Origin: Dipteris shenzhenensis
Lineage: Eukaryota
Length of the DNA stretch: 64,000 nt
Assembly: GCA_047967505.1 (NCBI GenBank)
Contig: CM106538.1
Reading direction: 5' to 3' (one strand)
A program made the position numbers and the translations under genes. How positions within the stretch are numbered: the first letter of the stretch is position 1; every line of letters begins with the position of its first letter. Positions 37,851 through 51,300 of the stretch are shown here, in pieces. The notes beneath the pieces are model-generated. The model did no database searches and had not been told where the DNA came from. It saw nothing but the letters and a program-made list of their open reading frames with translations.

Positions 37851-39665
37851 GTGGGGAGATGATAAAGAAAGAGAGATGGAAGAAGAAAGTGCTTGCAGAA
37901 GGACTAGGATGGAAGAAAGAGAGAGTGTTTGCAGAAGGACTAGGATGGAAGAAAGAAGAGAGTGTTTGTGGAAGGACTAGGATGGAAGAATACAAGTTCA
38001 GTAACACAATGTTGAGGGCAAGGAGTGAAGAAAATAAATAGAGCAAGACTCGAGAGAAAGGTGTGTTTGCTACGATAAGGATGGGTGAGCACCGTAGTGT
38101 GTTTGCATAGATAAGTATGGGTGAACGGTCCAACTGACACTTTAACCGATGGTGTGAAATGAAAGGTTTGGAATAAAGTCAGTGGAGCATTGGGAATGCT
38201 CTACTTTAAGTGAGTGGAGCATTGGAAATTGATACTTGGAAGCAAAAGATTACGAACAATTATTATGTTCTTCTCATTAGACATTTAATATTTCAATAGT
38301 TTGCTTGATATTGTAACTTTTGAAGGTGTTTGTTAACACCATTATAAATATTATGAGAGTTAACAACTGTTGAATCTTATCTTTTCGTGTAACTTATCTA
38401 TGCCACATTAAATTTTATAATTTTGATTTCAGCTCCTTTAAAAATCTCTAAAAAATTGCTTGTTTTTATCTTGTCATCTGTGCTTAGAAGAGTGGGTTTT
38501 TCTTACATTTTATCTAAAAACTAGTTCAAAAGTATCTGTAAAAATGAATTTGTACATTGACAAGTCCAAAATTAATGAAATAAGTGTTCTCATCAGCTCT
38601 AAACTTAGTCCTCCACTCTTCTCTAACTTGTTCTTCCTGTGAGTCCTCGAGTTGCCAAATTGTTTTGGCCTCATTAGTGTTTTTTGAACCTAATCTTCAT
38701 AAACTTCTATTGGGAGACCTATTGAACAAGAACTATACCCATCCATGCTTGTATGAGAGGAAAAGGAATTATTGTTGACTTCCTTGCCATTTGCTTTTAA
38801 TCCCATCAAGGTTCTCAATGTCCTCCAGATTGCCAAACAATGTTTGCTCTTCAGTTTAGGCAGCTAGGGGGACTTCTCTTTAGACTTCTCAAGGGGAGGG
38901 GAGTTCTCACCGGAATGATCAGGGGACTTATCATGGGAGTGGTGGGATCCAGAGGGCTTGCTGGGTTTTAGGGGAGCACTGAAGGATCCTTTGGGAGCCA
39001 TGGGCAGCATCAGAGGAAGAGGGCAGCCTATTCACTTCATTGGAGCTAGTGGAGGGCTCATGGGAGGGATGACGAAAGGCCTCATGGGAGGGCTCATGGG
39101 AGGTGATAAGTCTCAGGGGAGGGCTCAAGGGAGGACTCATGGGAGGTGTGTTTGGAGGAGGTAGTCGTACTTGAGGAGGGATTCGTGCTCGAGGGGGTAT
39201 TTGGGTTTTCAAAGGCCATGGAGCATGAGGAGGTCATGCAGTTGAATGACGTGGAGGAAGAAGGTGTGGGGAAGGTCTAAGGTGGCATCCTTTGGTGTGT
39301 AAGCACTTGAGGGTTTTCAAATCACTAGTACGATGCCATTCAACTCGAAATGTTCCACCGCTATCTACTGTCAATGTTTTCCCTTCCTCTTTGTCTTTGG
39401 ATAGCTGATGGGATTTTTGTTCTCTCTAGAAACCAATTCAATGTCTCATGGCACTCTTTGGGAGTCTCCAATGCTGCAATCCACCATATATCTTTGTCTG
39501 ATTTAATTGAGAAATATTGCTCAACTTCCTCGTCCCCTTGAGCAAAGGCTAAGGCTTTGTTCATAATGTAGATGCTCACTCTCTCTAACTTGTATTCTAT
39601 CACCAATTGAGCTTCATCCATTTTGATGACAAATATGAGCTTGCCATTGTATTCTATACAACAAA

Positions 39666-41860
39666 CACTATAAGGTATAGGCCATTTTCTGACACAAATA
39701 CCGACTCTTTTTACACTAAAATATTTTTAATTAAAGGGAAAAAATGTCAGTAATTATGTTAGGATTAGTGTTGGAAAATGTGCGTTGATATATAATTGTC
39801 GATATATACTGATGCTGGTAAAGGTTAGTATATACAGACTCTGTTAAAGATCGGTATATACCGACCTTTAACAAAACACACAAAAAACTTTTGTGGGGCA
39901 AAATAGGGCTTTATTTGGCCCCATTTTGCCCCACTTATGTTCTTTTTTTTGCATTACAAAAGAATGTTTACAAGCAAACATGCAAGATAAAAGTCTCAAA
40001 CCTTATTTGTTACAAAATTTCCCTTTGGAAAAGGGTGATACAAAATCACTCAAATGAGTCAAGAGACAAAAGCATATACATGCCAAAGTATATACAACCT
40101 TGTTTGTTACAAAATTTCCCTTTCGAAAAAGGTGATAAAAAATTGCTCAAATAAGCCGACAGACAAAATCATATACATGCCAAAGTATATACAAACTACT
40201 ACTAATACTACTACTACTACTTCTCATCCGACTTGTCATCATCCTCCTCCTCCTCCTCGCTCTCCCTGTATATAGGTGTGTATGATACCTGGCCCTCATG
40301 AACTCCACTTGATTCCTGGCCCTCGTGACCTCTGCCTGATGATCCCTATCCATCCTTGCACGTTTAAGCCAAATCCCCTGAGAACTCGTCATCACCGCTC
40401 GCCTCCATTGCTTGCTGATGGGATGTTCGATATTGCACCCTAAGAGCGAAACCATTTTAATTTGAAAATATATTGGAACTTAAAGAATAAAACAATTTAG
40501 AAAGTGAGATTACAAGTTGGAGTAGACTTATACCCCACAAGCAGCCACCATAGTCCAATCAACTGCCACTCCATGTGCCTCCATCTCAAAGAACCACTTC
40601 TTCGCCCCTATGTGAAATGTGTGTTTCGTCTCTTCATTTGTAGGACGGCGACTAATCATCACAGATTTTTGTGGACCCAAATTATGAGAATTAGATAAAG
40701 TGCATGCAATATGTAATTAAAAAAATAGAACAATAAATTAAATGAGAAGTAGACTTACCACCCATGCCTCGAACGGTCCACCCCATTGTTGACGTGCAAA
40801 GCACCTACGGTGTCCATCCATCTCCTTGTAGCCCTCTTCTGATTGTTGAACTTTGTGGGCATGTCACTCCTTCTTCAAAAGCTTCTAGTCACTTTTATCC
40901 ACCCAGCTAGTTTTAGGCTTCTTCACCGTCACGATAGCATCTCGCAGCTTTGACCTGCGATGCTTCAAGACACCACACATGCACTCTCGCATGTAGTGGT
41001 CATCGAAACTTGTACCTGAGGGTTTAGGGAATTGTCTTCTCAATTCCACTAAGACTGCCTTCTTGTTCTCATCCTAGTTCTACCAATCAAGTGTTATGCT
41101 ATTCTTGAAATGGTGGCTCATCAACCGCCTCATGGCGGTCATCACTTGCATCCCATTTTTATTTTTTACAATCTATCGACCCATAGTGATCTCATAATAA
41201 AGGTCCTCAGGCAAGGGAGTAGCAGAGCTAGAGTGAGGGGTGGTTTGAGCACTTAAGGAGCGAGGAGTAGCACAGGGAGTGGGCTCTGGGGTGCCTCTGC
41301 CTATGAGTAGAGAGGGCACAGGACTTGACCAGTATCGGGTCTCATGACAAAGTGGAGACCTATAGGGATGTGAGTGTGCTGACTTGTCTACATGCCTCGA
41401 ACCACCACAGTAGCATCAACCCTTACTACTCTTCCTAGACCTATAATGGGTATGCCCAGGTGATGACCCCTCGGTCAAAGGGGCTACAGGGGATGACTGT
41501 CAAGTAGGTCCAGTCGTCGATGGCCCTGATCTACCTTAAGGGGGGTAGGAAAGGGGAGGGAAAGGGACTGGCTGAGGTCCTCTGGGATAGCAGAGAGAAG
41601 AATCTTGTTGCATTCGCATCATCATGATGTGACAAACTCATCAGGACTCCTTACGAAGCCATGGGCCGCTAGCAAAGGAGTTCCCTAAGGGGTAGTCCGG
41701 GGTGCTAGGCCTGAGAGGAGTTAGTCGAGGGGTAGTTGCAGGGGTAGGCCCCTGAGGAGTCAATTAAGTGGAAGAGAAGTCCTCTAGCGAGTAAAGATCA
41801 TGATGTCCCCTCCTATGAGGGGTGCCATACTCTCCAGACGTGCAACGTGCTAACATGTCT
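39666..41860 (-). mobile_element. CACTA-like end with palindromic subterminal repeats and a degenerate TnpA/Transposase_24-like gene
   Basis: CACTA at 39666; CGGTATATACCG-type palindromes at 39780-39875; intron-containing minus-strand coding remnants at 40230-41860 with a Pro-rich N-terminus. The TnpA call is weak. Confidence 0.5.
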
Positions 41861-42024
41861 AATTTGGGGGGATTGGACAAACACAAAAAGAAAAACAAAG
41901 ACAAGTGCGGGTAAGAAATGGAAAGACAATTTACTTAAAAGACAATAATTATAATTTACTTAAAATATACTTTATTACTTGAAACTCAAATTAAATTTAC
42001 TAAAACTTGGAAAACAAAATTATT

Positions 42025-43020
42025 TTCTTATGACTAAAATAGGGGAGAGGGAAATCATATGATTATGCTTATGCTTATATGCATATGCATGAGCATATGA
42101 GCATATGCTCATGCATAAGCATAAGCATAAGCATTTGCATATGCAAATGCATATTCTTGTGAGTGTCAAAGGGTAGGGGAATTAGGGAAGAGGGCATAAA
42201 CAAGGCAAAGAGGAAAGAGAGCATAAGCAAGGCAAAGAGGGCATAAGCAAATGCTTAGGAGTGGTAGGATAGGGGAAGAGAGCTTATGACTGAAATAGGG
42301 GAGAGGGAAAGCATATGATTAGGCTTATGCATATACGCATATGCATGAGAATATAAGCATATGCTCATGCATAACCATAAGCATTTGCATACACAAATGC
42401 ATATGGTTATGAGTGTGAGAGGGTAAGGGAATTAGGGAAGGAGGGCATAAGAAAATGCTTAGGAGAAGAGATCTTATGAGTGATATAGGGGAGAGGGAAA
42501 GCATTTGATTATGCTTATGCTTATATGCCCTCCAAAGGGTGCGGACACACGTGCACGGATTACAGGTGACGACTACAAAGATGGCGGGGAAGGAAACAGT
42601 ACTCGACATCCAGGGATGAATGTAAACCCATTGGATAGGGATAATCATTCTGGTCCTAGGAGAGAAGACTCACCGGTGGTGGTAGACACTAGTCCGAGGG
42701 GCGCGAAGCGCTATGAGTCATTGAGATGATGGCAGGGTGCGAAGCACACCCATGTACTCAGAACTATTGTGGACATATGCATGAGCATATGAGCATATGC
42801 TCATGCATAAGAATAAGCATTTGCATATGCTGATTAGGAGTGATAGGATAGGGGAAGAGAGCTTATGAGTGAAATAGGCGAGAGGGAAAGCATATGATTA
42901 TGCTTATGCTTATATGCATATACATGAGCATATGAGCATAAGCATTTGCATTCGCAAATGCATATGCATATGAGTGTGAGAGGGTAGGGGAATTAGGGAA
43001 TGAGGGCATAAGCAAATGAT
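42025..43020. repeat. Degenerate repeats rich in GCATATGC/ATGCAT palindromes
   Basis: Block aataggggagagggaaagcatatgattatgctt (variants) at ~42038, 42294, 42485 and 42873. Confidence 0.8.
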
Positions 43021-43021
43021 G

Positions 43022-43301
43022 CTCATGGGGGGCTCACTAAGAAATATGTACAATAGCATGTGCAATCAACGGAAGGGGTTCTATATTTTTATAAAGTTAC
43101 AAAAAATATACATACAAAAGGGGTTTTTTAAATCAAAAAGGAAAATTTTCATACATAAGGGATACTTTAATCACATCTCAAAATTTATAGAAGGGGTGTA
43201 TATAGGTTATAAAAATTCGTAAGAAGGGCGTTGTTTTAATAACCCTTGATCGCACGTGCTATATAGGGTTTTTACACAATTCAGAGTGCGTACCCACCAA
43301 G
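43022..43301. mobile_element. Degenerate MITE of the CTCGGGGG-TIR family
   Basis: CTCATGGGGGGCTCACT start. Internal cccttgatcgcacgtgctatatagggttttt matches ccctttgaacgcacgtgatatgtagggttttt (23702). No TSD seen. Confidence 0.65.
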
Positions 43302-43829
43302 CCCACATGGGAGATTCCTCCACACACACCATTCATGTGGGAGGATGCATTTATTGGGAGAGACCCCTCTCTTGGCTATAAAAGGAGGGGCTATTCCTTG
43401 ATGGGACACGCTCATTCATGTCAAGCCACCTAGCTAGTACTTTGATTTCTCCCCATCCTTCCTTGCAAATAAAGCATGACTCTCTTCCCTTGATGTCTCC
43501 ATCTCTACATGCCACCTCCCATCATATACATGCTCCTCTTCCCCCTCGCCCTTCCCCCTTGTGCCATAGTCTCCCTCTTCATTCCCACCCCTCTTAATCC
43601 CTTTTCCCCACCCATGTTAATGCTTCTCCCCTTACATTCCGTTTTCCTCTATGGCCCTCGCGCGTCACCATGCCTAGTGTCAAGCCTCATGCCTTGATTT
43701 CTTTTCTAGTTAATAGTACCCACTGTGGCATATCACCATCAGTGCACACCCCTTTCACATTGTCCAGCACCCTACCATTTGCATAAGGATAGACTAGATT
43801 ATCTGATCTTTCTTATCTCAAGCGGTTCC

Positions 43830-45097
43830 TTGTGACGGAATGCACAAACTTGTAGTTACTCTAGTTTCATTTGCTAGAGGAGTTGCTACATGGTTGTGAC
43901 AAAAACTTCATGGCCAAGGCTTGAAAATAAGGCGTGGAAGCTCCACACTCTTCCCACCATCTCCATGCTAGCATATCTTTGGCTAATTCTTTGATTCTTG
44001 GATAGGCAAAAGGTCCTTCTCTATTTTGAAAAGTTGAGAGTTCCTTAACAGCAGAAGCATACTAAGTCCTATCCTCAAAGAAACGTCCAAGAAGGTCATG
44101 CCACGATCGCAAAATTTGTACATCTATCTTTGTACGATATTCCCACCATTACAGATCTAATATATGGGCAACATATTAGTACAAAGAGTTGTGTGCTTGA
44201 TTCCATCATTTTTGCACCATATTTTACAACATGGTTCATTTAACCATACTAGATCCACCTTCCCCTGGCCTTGCATCTTCCTTCAAAACATCCCTCTCAG
44301 CAGTCTATCAAGCCATATGAGCACTTTCCATGCTTGGCCCTTTCACATCCAACTTATGGATTGTAAACTAAATTGGCTTCATGGCTTCCATTGCATTAGA
44401 TAACCTCTTCCAAAACATCGGATTATTAACTAATGTCTTTAAGGCAATGAATTCGTTATGGGAGCCACTCAAGCATGCCTTGAATATCCACTCTGCGGCT
44501 TCTGCATTGAATAGCATCTCGGTTACAAGGGCTTGTTGCTTTAAGAACCGCTCCATCATTATATAGTTTGTGCCAAAACGTGTCTCACCTGGCTTTAGAA
44601 GCTCCAAAGGATGATTCATGGGCTGGTGATTCCTAAATATACCGAGTAATCATTGATGGTTAAGAAAGTATAACACGAATTTCCAAGCCTCATCCACAAC
44701 AACTTTGAAGAAGTTTGTGGCAGGTGTTTTGTACCAATCCTCCAAGACTAGGTCTAGACAATGGCACGAGCATGGTGATGCCCAAATATGTCGATATCTG
44801 CAATTTATAATTTTCCTAGCCTTTCGAGAATTCTTAGCATTATCAACAATCACTTAAAAAATATTGTTAGGACCGATGTCTTCAATACATCTACTTAACT
44901 TCTCCACAATCAATTCTCCCATCTTGGCCTCACCACGTGTATCGAATGATTGTCGAAAAGCCTCCTCTTTGAATGTTCAACCATGACACTAATCAAGGGC
45001 CACTTGCTAACATTCTTCCATCCATTTGATATGATGGTGCAAGCCATTTTCTCAATGCTGTTGCAAACCACTTGCTGCATCTCCTCTTTCATCCTAT
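43830..45097 (-). mobile_element. hAT transposase remnant (DUF659 region), cut at its 5' side by the terminus of copy B
   Basis: CTIISNGWKNVSKWPLI, IEDIGPNN...VDNAKN, SPCSCHCLDLVLED and LLKPGETRFGTNYIMMERFL. Confidence 0.92.
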
Positions 45098-45542
45098 AAC
45101 ACTTATTTCATTAATTTTGGACTTGTCAATGTACAAATTCATTTTTACATATACTTTTAGACTAGTTTTCAGATAAAATTTAAGAAAAACCCAATCTTCA
45201 AAGCACATATAAAAACATAAAAACAAGAATTTTTTTATATATTTTTTAAGGACATGAAACTAAAATTATAAAATTTAACGCAGCCTAGATAAGTTACATG
45301 AAAAAATAAGATTCGGTTGTTGTAAACTCTCTTAATATTTAATGGTGTTAATAAACACCTTCAAAAGTTAAGCCTGAGATAAGTTACACAAAAAAGAGTG
45401 GTTCAATAATTGTAAACTCTCTTCATATTTATAATAGTGTTTAGGAAACACTTTCAAAAGTTACAAGTGGAAGTAGCAAACTCTCACAATATTTATAATT
45501 TAGGTGTTGAAAAACACCAAAAGTTACAATAAGACTCTCATT

Positions 45543-45789
45543 CTCGGGGGGGTCACTATGTATAAACCCTCTATATTACGTGCGTTCAAGGCCTATATTT
45601 AAAGTCCCTTATTTGTAAAAAATTTCATTAATAAAATGTACCCCTTTTCTATACAAATCTGTAAATTTTTTCCAAAACTATTTTAAATAGTCCCTTATGT
45701 ATATTTATTTCTGTAAATTTTAGAAATAAAAAAAATCCTTCTGTTGAACTCACATGATAGGGTTACATATGATGAGTGACCCCCCCGAG
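45543..45789. mobile_element. MITE with CTCGGGGGGGTCACT TIRs and perfect 8-bp TSD
   Basis: CTCTCATT|CTCGGGGGGGTCACT...AGTGACCCCCCCGAG|CTCTCATT. A related empty site lies in the adjacent duplicated unit (~45811-45848). Confidence 0.93.
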
Positions 45790-45892
45790 CTCTCATTGGA
45801 AGGCAAATTACACCAAAAGTTACAATAAGACTCACTGGAAGGCAAATTTATTTTCAAGACTACAGCCATTCAACTTGATGAATTTTCTATTT

Positions 45893-46310
45893 TCAAGTCT
45901 TTAGCCTAAATTCAACCCATTCAAGAGCTGAGCTCATCTCATCCTCATCGATGTAGTTAAAATTATAGAAGAGAAGTAAGGATTGATGAATTTTCTCCTG
46001 CATAACACTTTGTTTATTCCGAATGGCTTGCGCTTCCTCGGGGGAAAATCTTCCATAACGAGCCACACGCGAAGATATCTCACTTTGAAAGTCTATCAAA
46101 ACTCTCCTATATGACTGCAATTTATCTATTTCAGTAGTAGCCATACTTATTTTTCTTTCCTCTTCCTTCTCTAAGCCCTTCTGACAAGCAAAGTCATCCT
46201 TCTCGTATTGGGTTAATGGAGCTGGCTATTGCTTTCTCTCCTCTCTCTTTCCTTGGTTCTCGGCAATCCATTCTTTGATGCTGCTAATGGCTTGCTCGAC
46301 AGAATCGATT
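45893..46310 (-). pseudogene. Small helical ORF of unknown function
   Basis: 83-aa open frame plus an upstream interrupted part. Paralogue at 37403-37850. Confidence 0.55.
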
Positions 46311-46329
46311 ACCTTAAAAAGATCCATAA

Positions 46330-46795
46330 AAACGAGAGGAGGAAGGTAACGAGAGTGAGGAAGGTAACTAGAGGAGGTACGGCAAGATGAAAGGAGTATG
46401 CTTGAGAAGAGGAGGTAAGGCTATAGGCAAGATGGAAGGAGCAAGCTTGAGGAGAGGAGTAAGGTATGAAGAGTAAAGTGGAAGAAGTGTGGAGAGGAGT
46501 AAGGTAAGAAGAGTAAAGTGGAAGAAGTTTTTGCTGCGGGTGAGATATAGAAGACGAACGAGGTGAGGAAGGTAACGAGAGTGAGGAAAGATATAGAAGA
46601 CGAACGAGGTGAGGAAGGTAACGAGAGTGAGGAAGGTAACTAGAGGAGGTAAGGCAAGATGAAAGGAGTATGCTTGAGAAGAGGAGGCAAGGCTGCGGGC
46701 AAGATGGAAGGAGCAAGCTTGAGGAGAGGAGTAAGGTAAGAAGAGCAAAGTGGAAGAAGTGTTTGCTGCAGGTGAGATATAGAAGATGAACGACT
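46330..46795 (+). repeat. Purine-rich tandem repeats (GAGGAAGGTAACGAGAGT units; ~276-bp duplication)
   Basis: Directly visible. Followed by AT-rich duplications to ~47400. Confidence 0.85.
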
Positions 46796-47556
46796 ACTAG
46801 GGGATTTATAGAACTACAAACTCATAATGTGGGATAAAAGATTTAGAATAAAGAATTGGTAGAGGCTGAGATGACTAGATGCAAGACCGTAATGCGAGAC
46901 ATGTGAGACATGTAAGATAGTGAGTACATTGAAATCTATAAAATAAAATGATGGGATGCAAGACCGTAATGGGAGACATTTGAGACATGTAAGATAGTGA
47001 TAGTACATTGAAATCTATAAAATAAAATGATGGAACACAAGAATGATATAATTAATAGAATCTCATCATGAGATATTCTTTTAATATAATATAAGTTAGT
47101 AATTATTAGAATCTCATCATGAGATATTCTTTTGATATAATACAAGTTAGACTTGCTGATGCAAGACCATAATGCGAGACATGTGAGATGATAGATTTTG
47201 AGTACATTGAAATCTATAAAATAAAGTGATGGAACATAAGAATGATATAATTATTAAATTCTCATCATAAGATATTTATTGTACATAATAAATGATAGAT
47301 TTTGATTACATTGAAATCTATAAAATAAAGTGATGGAACATAAGAATGATATAATTATTAGATTCTCATCATAAGATATTTATTGTACATAATAAATTAG
47401 ACTTTCAAAAAAGTAAAACCTAATGTATTGTAATGAATAAATATCATAAAATATCCTAATGTATTGCAACATTTAACATAAGTTTAAAAAACACTATCAT
47501 TAATCAATACAAACAAGATAAAAATCGTCAAGGACTCATGTTTCTTTCTACATGTT

Positions 47557-49545
47557 TTACAACTGAATAGAGTCTAATGAGTCCTCTTGAGGCTGTGATT
47601 CTCTAAGAGTACATTGAGTCTCTACTTGTGTGGATGGTGTACATTGAGATTCTACTTCTGGTGCAATCGGGATAGACTTAATCTCTTCCTCCTTTACAAG
47701 ATGTGATGTTGTAGATGCACATTGAGTCTCCACTTCTTGTGTAGGAAGAATGCATTGAGTCTCTAATTCAAGTGTAGACTGTAATGCTTCTACTTGAGGC
47801 TGTGATACAGAAGGAGACTGAATTGTCTCTTGTTTTTCTTTGGCTCCCTCAGGTTCTTCATTGAGTCCATCATGTTGTTTCCCAATGGTAGCAGTTAGAT
47901 AGTGAACAGTCTTAGCCACAAAATCTTGTAGCTCGAGCTTGGTATATGCTTCTATTGAGACATGTTCAAAAATTTCATTGAGATACAACATGAAGTTGTA
48001 GGCAATTCTCCACCCACTACTAAACATGTCTTTCTGCTCCATAGCGAGGCGTGTCTAGAAATTTGGTTGGTCTTGATGCTCCCTAATTTTCATAATCGCA
48101 GAAACTAACTTGTTTGTAGACCTGTCCATCATGACATATGACAAAGTGAATTTGTGTAGTAAATAGTAAGATGCATGTTCATAATGATATGATAAAAGAA
48201 CACTTACCTGAACACCCCATGAAAGCCTGTAAATGAGTTGACAAACCAACAATGGTTGTCATCAAGATCCCATACTATCAGGCTCCAATGTGAACTACAT
48301 CACCAATAAAGAGCGATAAGATTTATCACAATATTAAGTATTAATTGACACAATATTATAAATAAGAGAGTAAAAGAAAGATTGAGACGATACTTACTTC
48401 TCATAATATGGCATAAAGACAACTAGTATGCCATCCAAGTCTAAAGGTTGTAGAATTGAACAAACATCATCTACTGTCTTCTTGGTATCACTAAGTACAG
48501 CTGAAAGAAGAGAATCGAGCATACAGACGCGATTCTGTACTGATCTAGGAAAGTGAGATATAATTGTACTGCAGCAATAAATAAACAAATGTTAGAAGCA
48601 GATTGAATCAAATGATTGAAGTATCAAGCCAAGAGATGTTCATATCAAACCTGAGGATGGCCATCATGACTTTGTCATTAGCCTCTTTCAAAGGGTCGGA
48701 GAGGATTGTAACTTCCTCGCTACCAAAAGTCAAAACACAAGGTTGCTTGCTAATGATGACCCTAACCTCAAAAGAGCTCCCCATTTCGTCCAATACAGCG
48801 GTTACATTAGGACAACTTATGGGCGTAGCAACCAATGTTTCCTCTGGATGCTCCACCACGTTATCAATAAATGCCTTAATGTTAGATGACATAAATGCAT
48901 ATAGATGCAAGTCTGTATATGTCGACAATGAGGTTTCACCGCCTCTCAAATTAAAAATTTGAGCAAGGAGCAAAAAGCAGTTATATCCGACTCTCCACCC
49001 ACAACTGTGGTCATCATTCTGCTTCGCTGTAGGGCATGTTACATACTCTATTTGATCTTCTAAGTCACCCTCCATTTGCATAAGTGCATCTATAGCACCT
49101 ACCAACTTTCGACCAGATCTACACATCAAAATAGAAAACATAAATGAATGTGCGCATTGCATAGGATGCATCTCATTGACATAATTATGACACAAGTAGG
49201 TTATACTTACTCTGACACATTGCCATGGATAGATGCTATTGAATTGACAAAGAAGCATTGCTTGGCTAAGATGTCCACAATTACCAAGCTCCAATGCAAG
49301 CTGCATTATCAATTAAGAATAATTATTATTTGATATAATCCTCCACTCATCTTTCTCCAACTCTCTCTTTGTCATCACTAGAATGAAATTTCCTTTACTT
49401 AAGACCAAGAACCATGCTTTCTTTGTTGTGTCAACAACTGTCCAGTTTGTGAAGTCCTTTGGGGCATAAATTCTTCCATTGTATTTCAGTGTCATACCAT
49501 TGACAAATGCTGTAGCCTCAAGATCCATCCTATATTCAAGCACAA
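47557..49545 (-). pseudogene. Ulp1/SENP-like (peptidase C48) gene with two tandem domains
   Basis: Domain 1: LHWSLVIVDILAKQCFFVNSI (~49300-49240) and KQNDDHSCGWRV (Cys codon 49003-49001). Domain 2: HWSLIVW..FVNSF and EQKDMFSSGWRI. Several GT-AG introns, a few frameshifts and stops. Confidence 0.8.
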
Positions 49546-50862
49546 CACAAATTTTAGGTACTTTGACAAACTACAATTACTTTGAAAAATCAAAAGTACA
49601 ATGAGTCCCATTAATACACCTCAAGTTTTTATTCTTCCCAATCATATAAGTATCAATTTCATGCTTTGGGAATAGCCTAAAAGGCTTTACAAGGCTTAGA
49701 GCATAAATGCTTTGGGAATAGCCTAAAAGGCTTTACAAGGCTTAGAGCATAAATGTGAAAAAAAATAAGGATTTACAATGATCTCTGAATACAAATTTGA
49801 AGTCTGTCATATATAAGTGCAAAATGCTCTATCAACTGCCGCAACTGATATAAGTGTAAAATGCTCTGTCAACTCCCACAACTATAATCTGTCATGTCCA
49901 CTGATACAACTTTCAATCATCTTGAAAGTTTAAAAACCTTAATCGTTGCTTAAATGGTAGGGTTGTTGTGACTGTGAAACCGAATGTGAACGAATGGACT
50001 GACTCCGATTAGGAACTAGTCAGGAAATTTTGAGCATGGCTTTGATTGGTTTTTTTGGAGTTCTCTCCTCTAAGGACAAACTAATCTATGCTAATCTAGA
50101 CTACACCAACCGTCGAAGCGAAGAAAAGCAAGAAATAATTTCTTTTCCATTGTTCTTTTTAATATCCTTAGGTTGCGAATTAAAAGCAAAAAATAATCTA
50201 TTTTCCATTATTCTTTTTAATACACTAAGGTTGTGAGTTTAAAAAAGATAAAATTTATATTTTCAAAAACTAATTTACTTACAACTCATAAGAATTGAAC
50301 ATTCACATTAATAAGAAGTTAAAATCTTAATAAATTTGAATTTAAATAATAAAAACTATAAAGTAGTTTAACTTAAAGTTTATGAAAAAATAACGTAAAA
50401 TAAAGAAAATAAGACTTAAAATTAAAAATTTAATATTTGCCTGGAAGAATATATTAATTCTCCCTAAAAAGAAATAAATTAAAGTAATAATAACGAATGT
50501 AAGTTAAACTACTTTTAAAATTTTAATTTAAAATGTAATAAAATTAAAATTATACTTTCTATATTCCAAAACAAAATGCATTATAATCTAAATTAAACTA
50601 GTAAATTGAAAATGAAAGTGAAACTCATTTTAAATTCAAAAACAAAGAAAAATTTAAAATTCAAGTTTCTACAAGTTTTCCTTTTCGCATACATTTGTCT
50701 TTTCACACTTTTCAAGTTTCCACCCGTTTGTCTTTTCAAACACAAGGTTGTCTTTTATCACAATTTTCAAGTTTTCACACGTTTATCTTTTCAAACACAA
50801 GGATTCATAGTTTAAAAAAAGGCGGGAAATTTGAAATTCTAGTTTCCACACTTTTCTCTTTT

Positions 50863-51300
50863 CAAACACCAAGGTTTATAGTTTTGTTTGTTTAAGTTTC
50901 GACTAAATCACACACCAATCTCCTCTAATATGCCTCATTGATCGTAGCTCCCAAATTCTTCCATCAAAACATCTCTCCTTTATCTCTTCTTGATCGTCGC
51001 CCACTCATTTTTCCTCCTCATTGGTAAGATTTTCTATCTCGATCGTAATTTCTCTTGTGCCCTTCCTCACTAAATTTTCATCAAACACCAAGGTTTATAG
51101 TTTTGTTTGTTTAAGTTTCGACTAAATCACACACCAATCTCCTCTCATATGCCTCATTGATCGTAGCTTCCAAATTCTTCCATCAAAACATCTCTCCTTT
51201 ATCTCTTCTCAATCGTCGCCCACTCATTTCTCCTCTTCATTGGTAAGATTTTCTATCTCGATCGTACTTTCTCTTGTGTACTCCCTCTCTAAATTTTCAT
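50863..51300 (+). repeat. ~219-bp tandem duplication
   Basis: acaccaaggtttatagttttgtttgtttaag... at ~50866 and ~51085. Confidence 0.92.

Larger units (their letters stand above)
30242..38588 (-). mobile_element. Composite DNA element, copy A (transposase, telomeric array, Ulp1 fragment, small ORF, terminus); internally deleted and truncated
   Basis: Collinear reverse-complement homology with copy B: 30242-34130 with 59510-55545, 35149-36197 with 48440-47512, ~36990-37025 with ~47465-47435, and ~38310-38588 with ~45460-45098. Confidence 0.8.

Noticed and set aside
38590-39665. Minus-strand Pro-rich coding-like remnant
   Set aside because: Interrupted and unrecognisable; probably TE-derived but not supportable as a feature.
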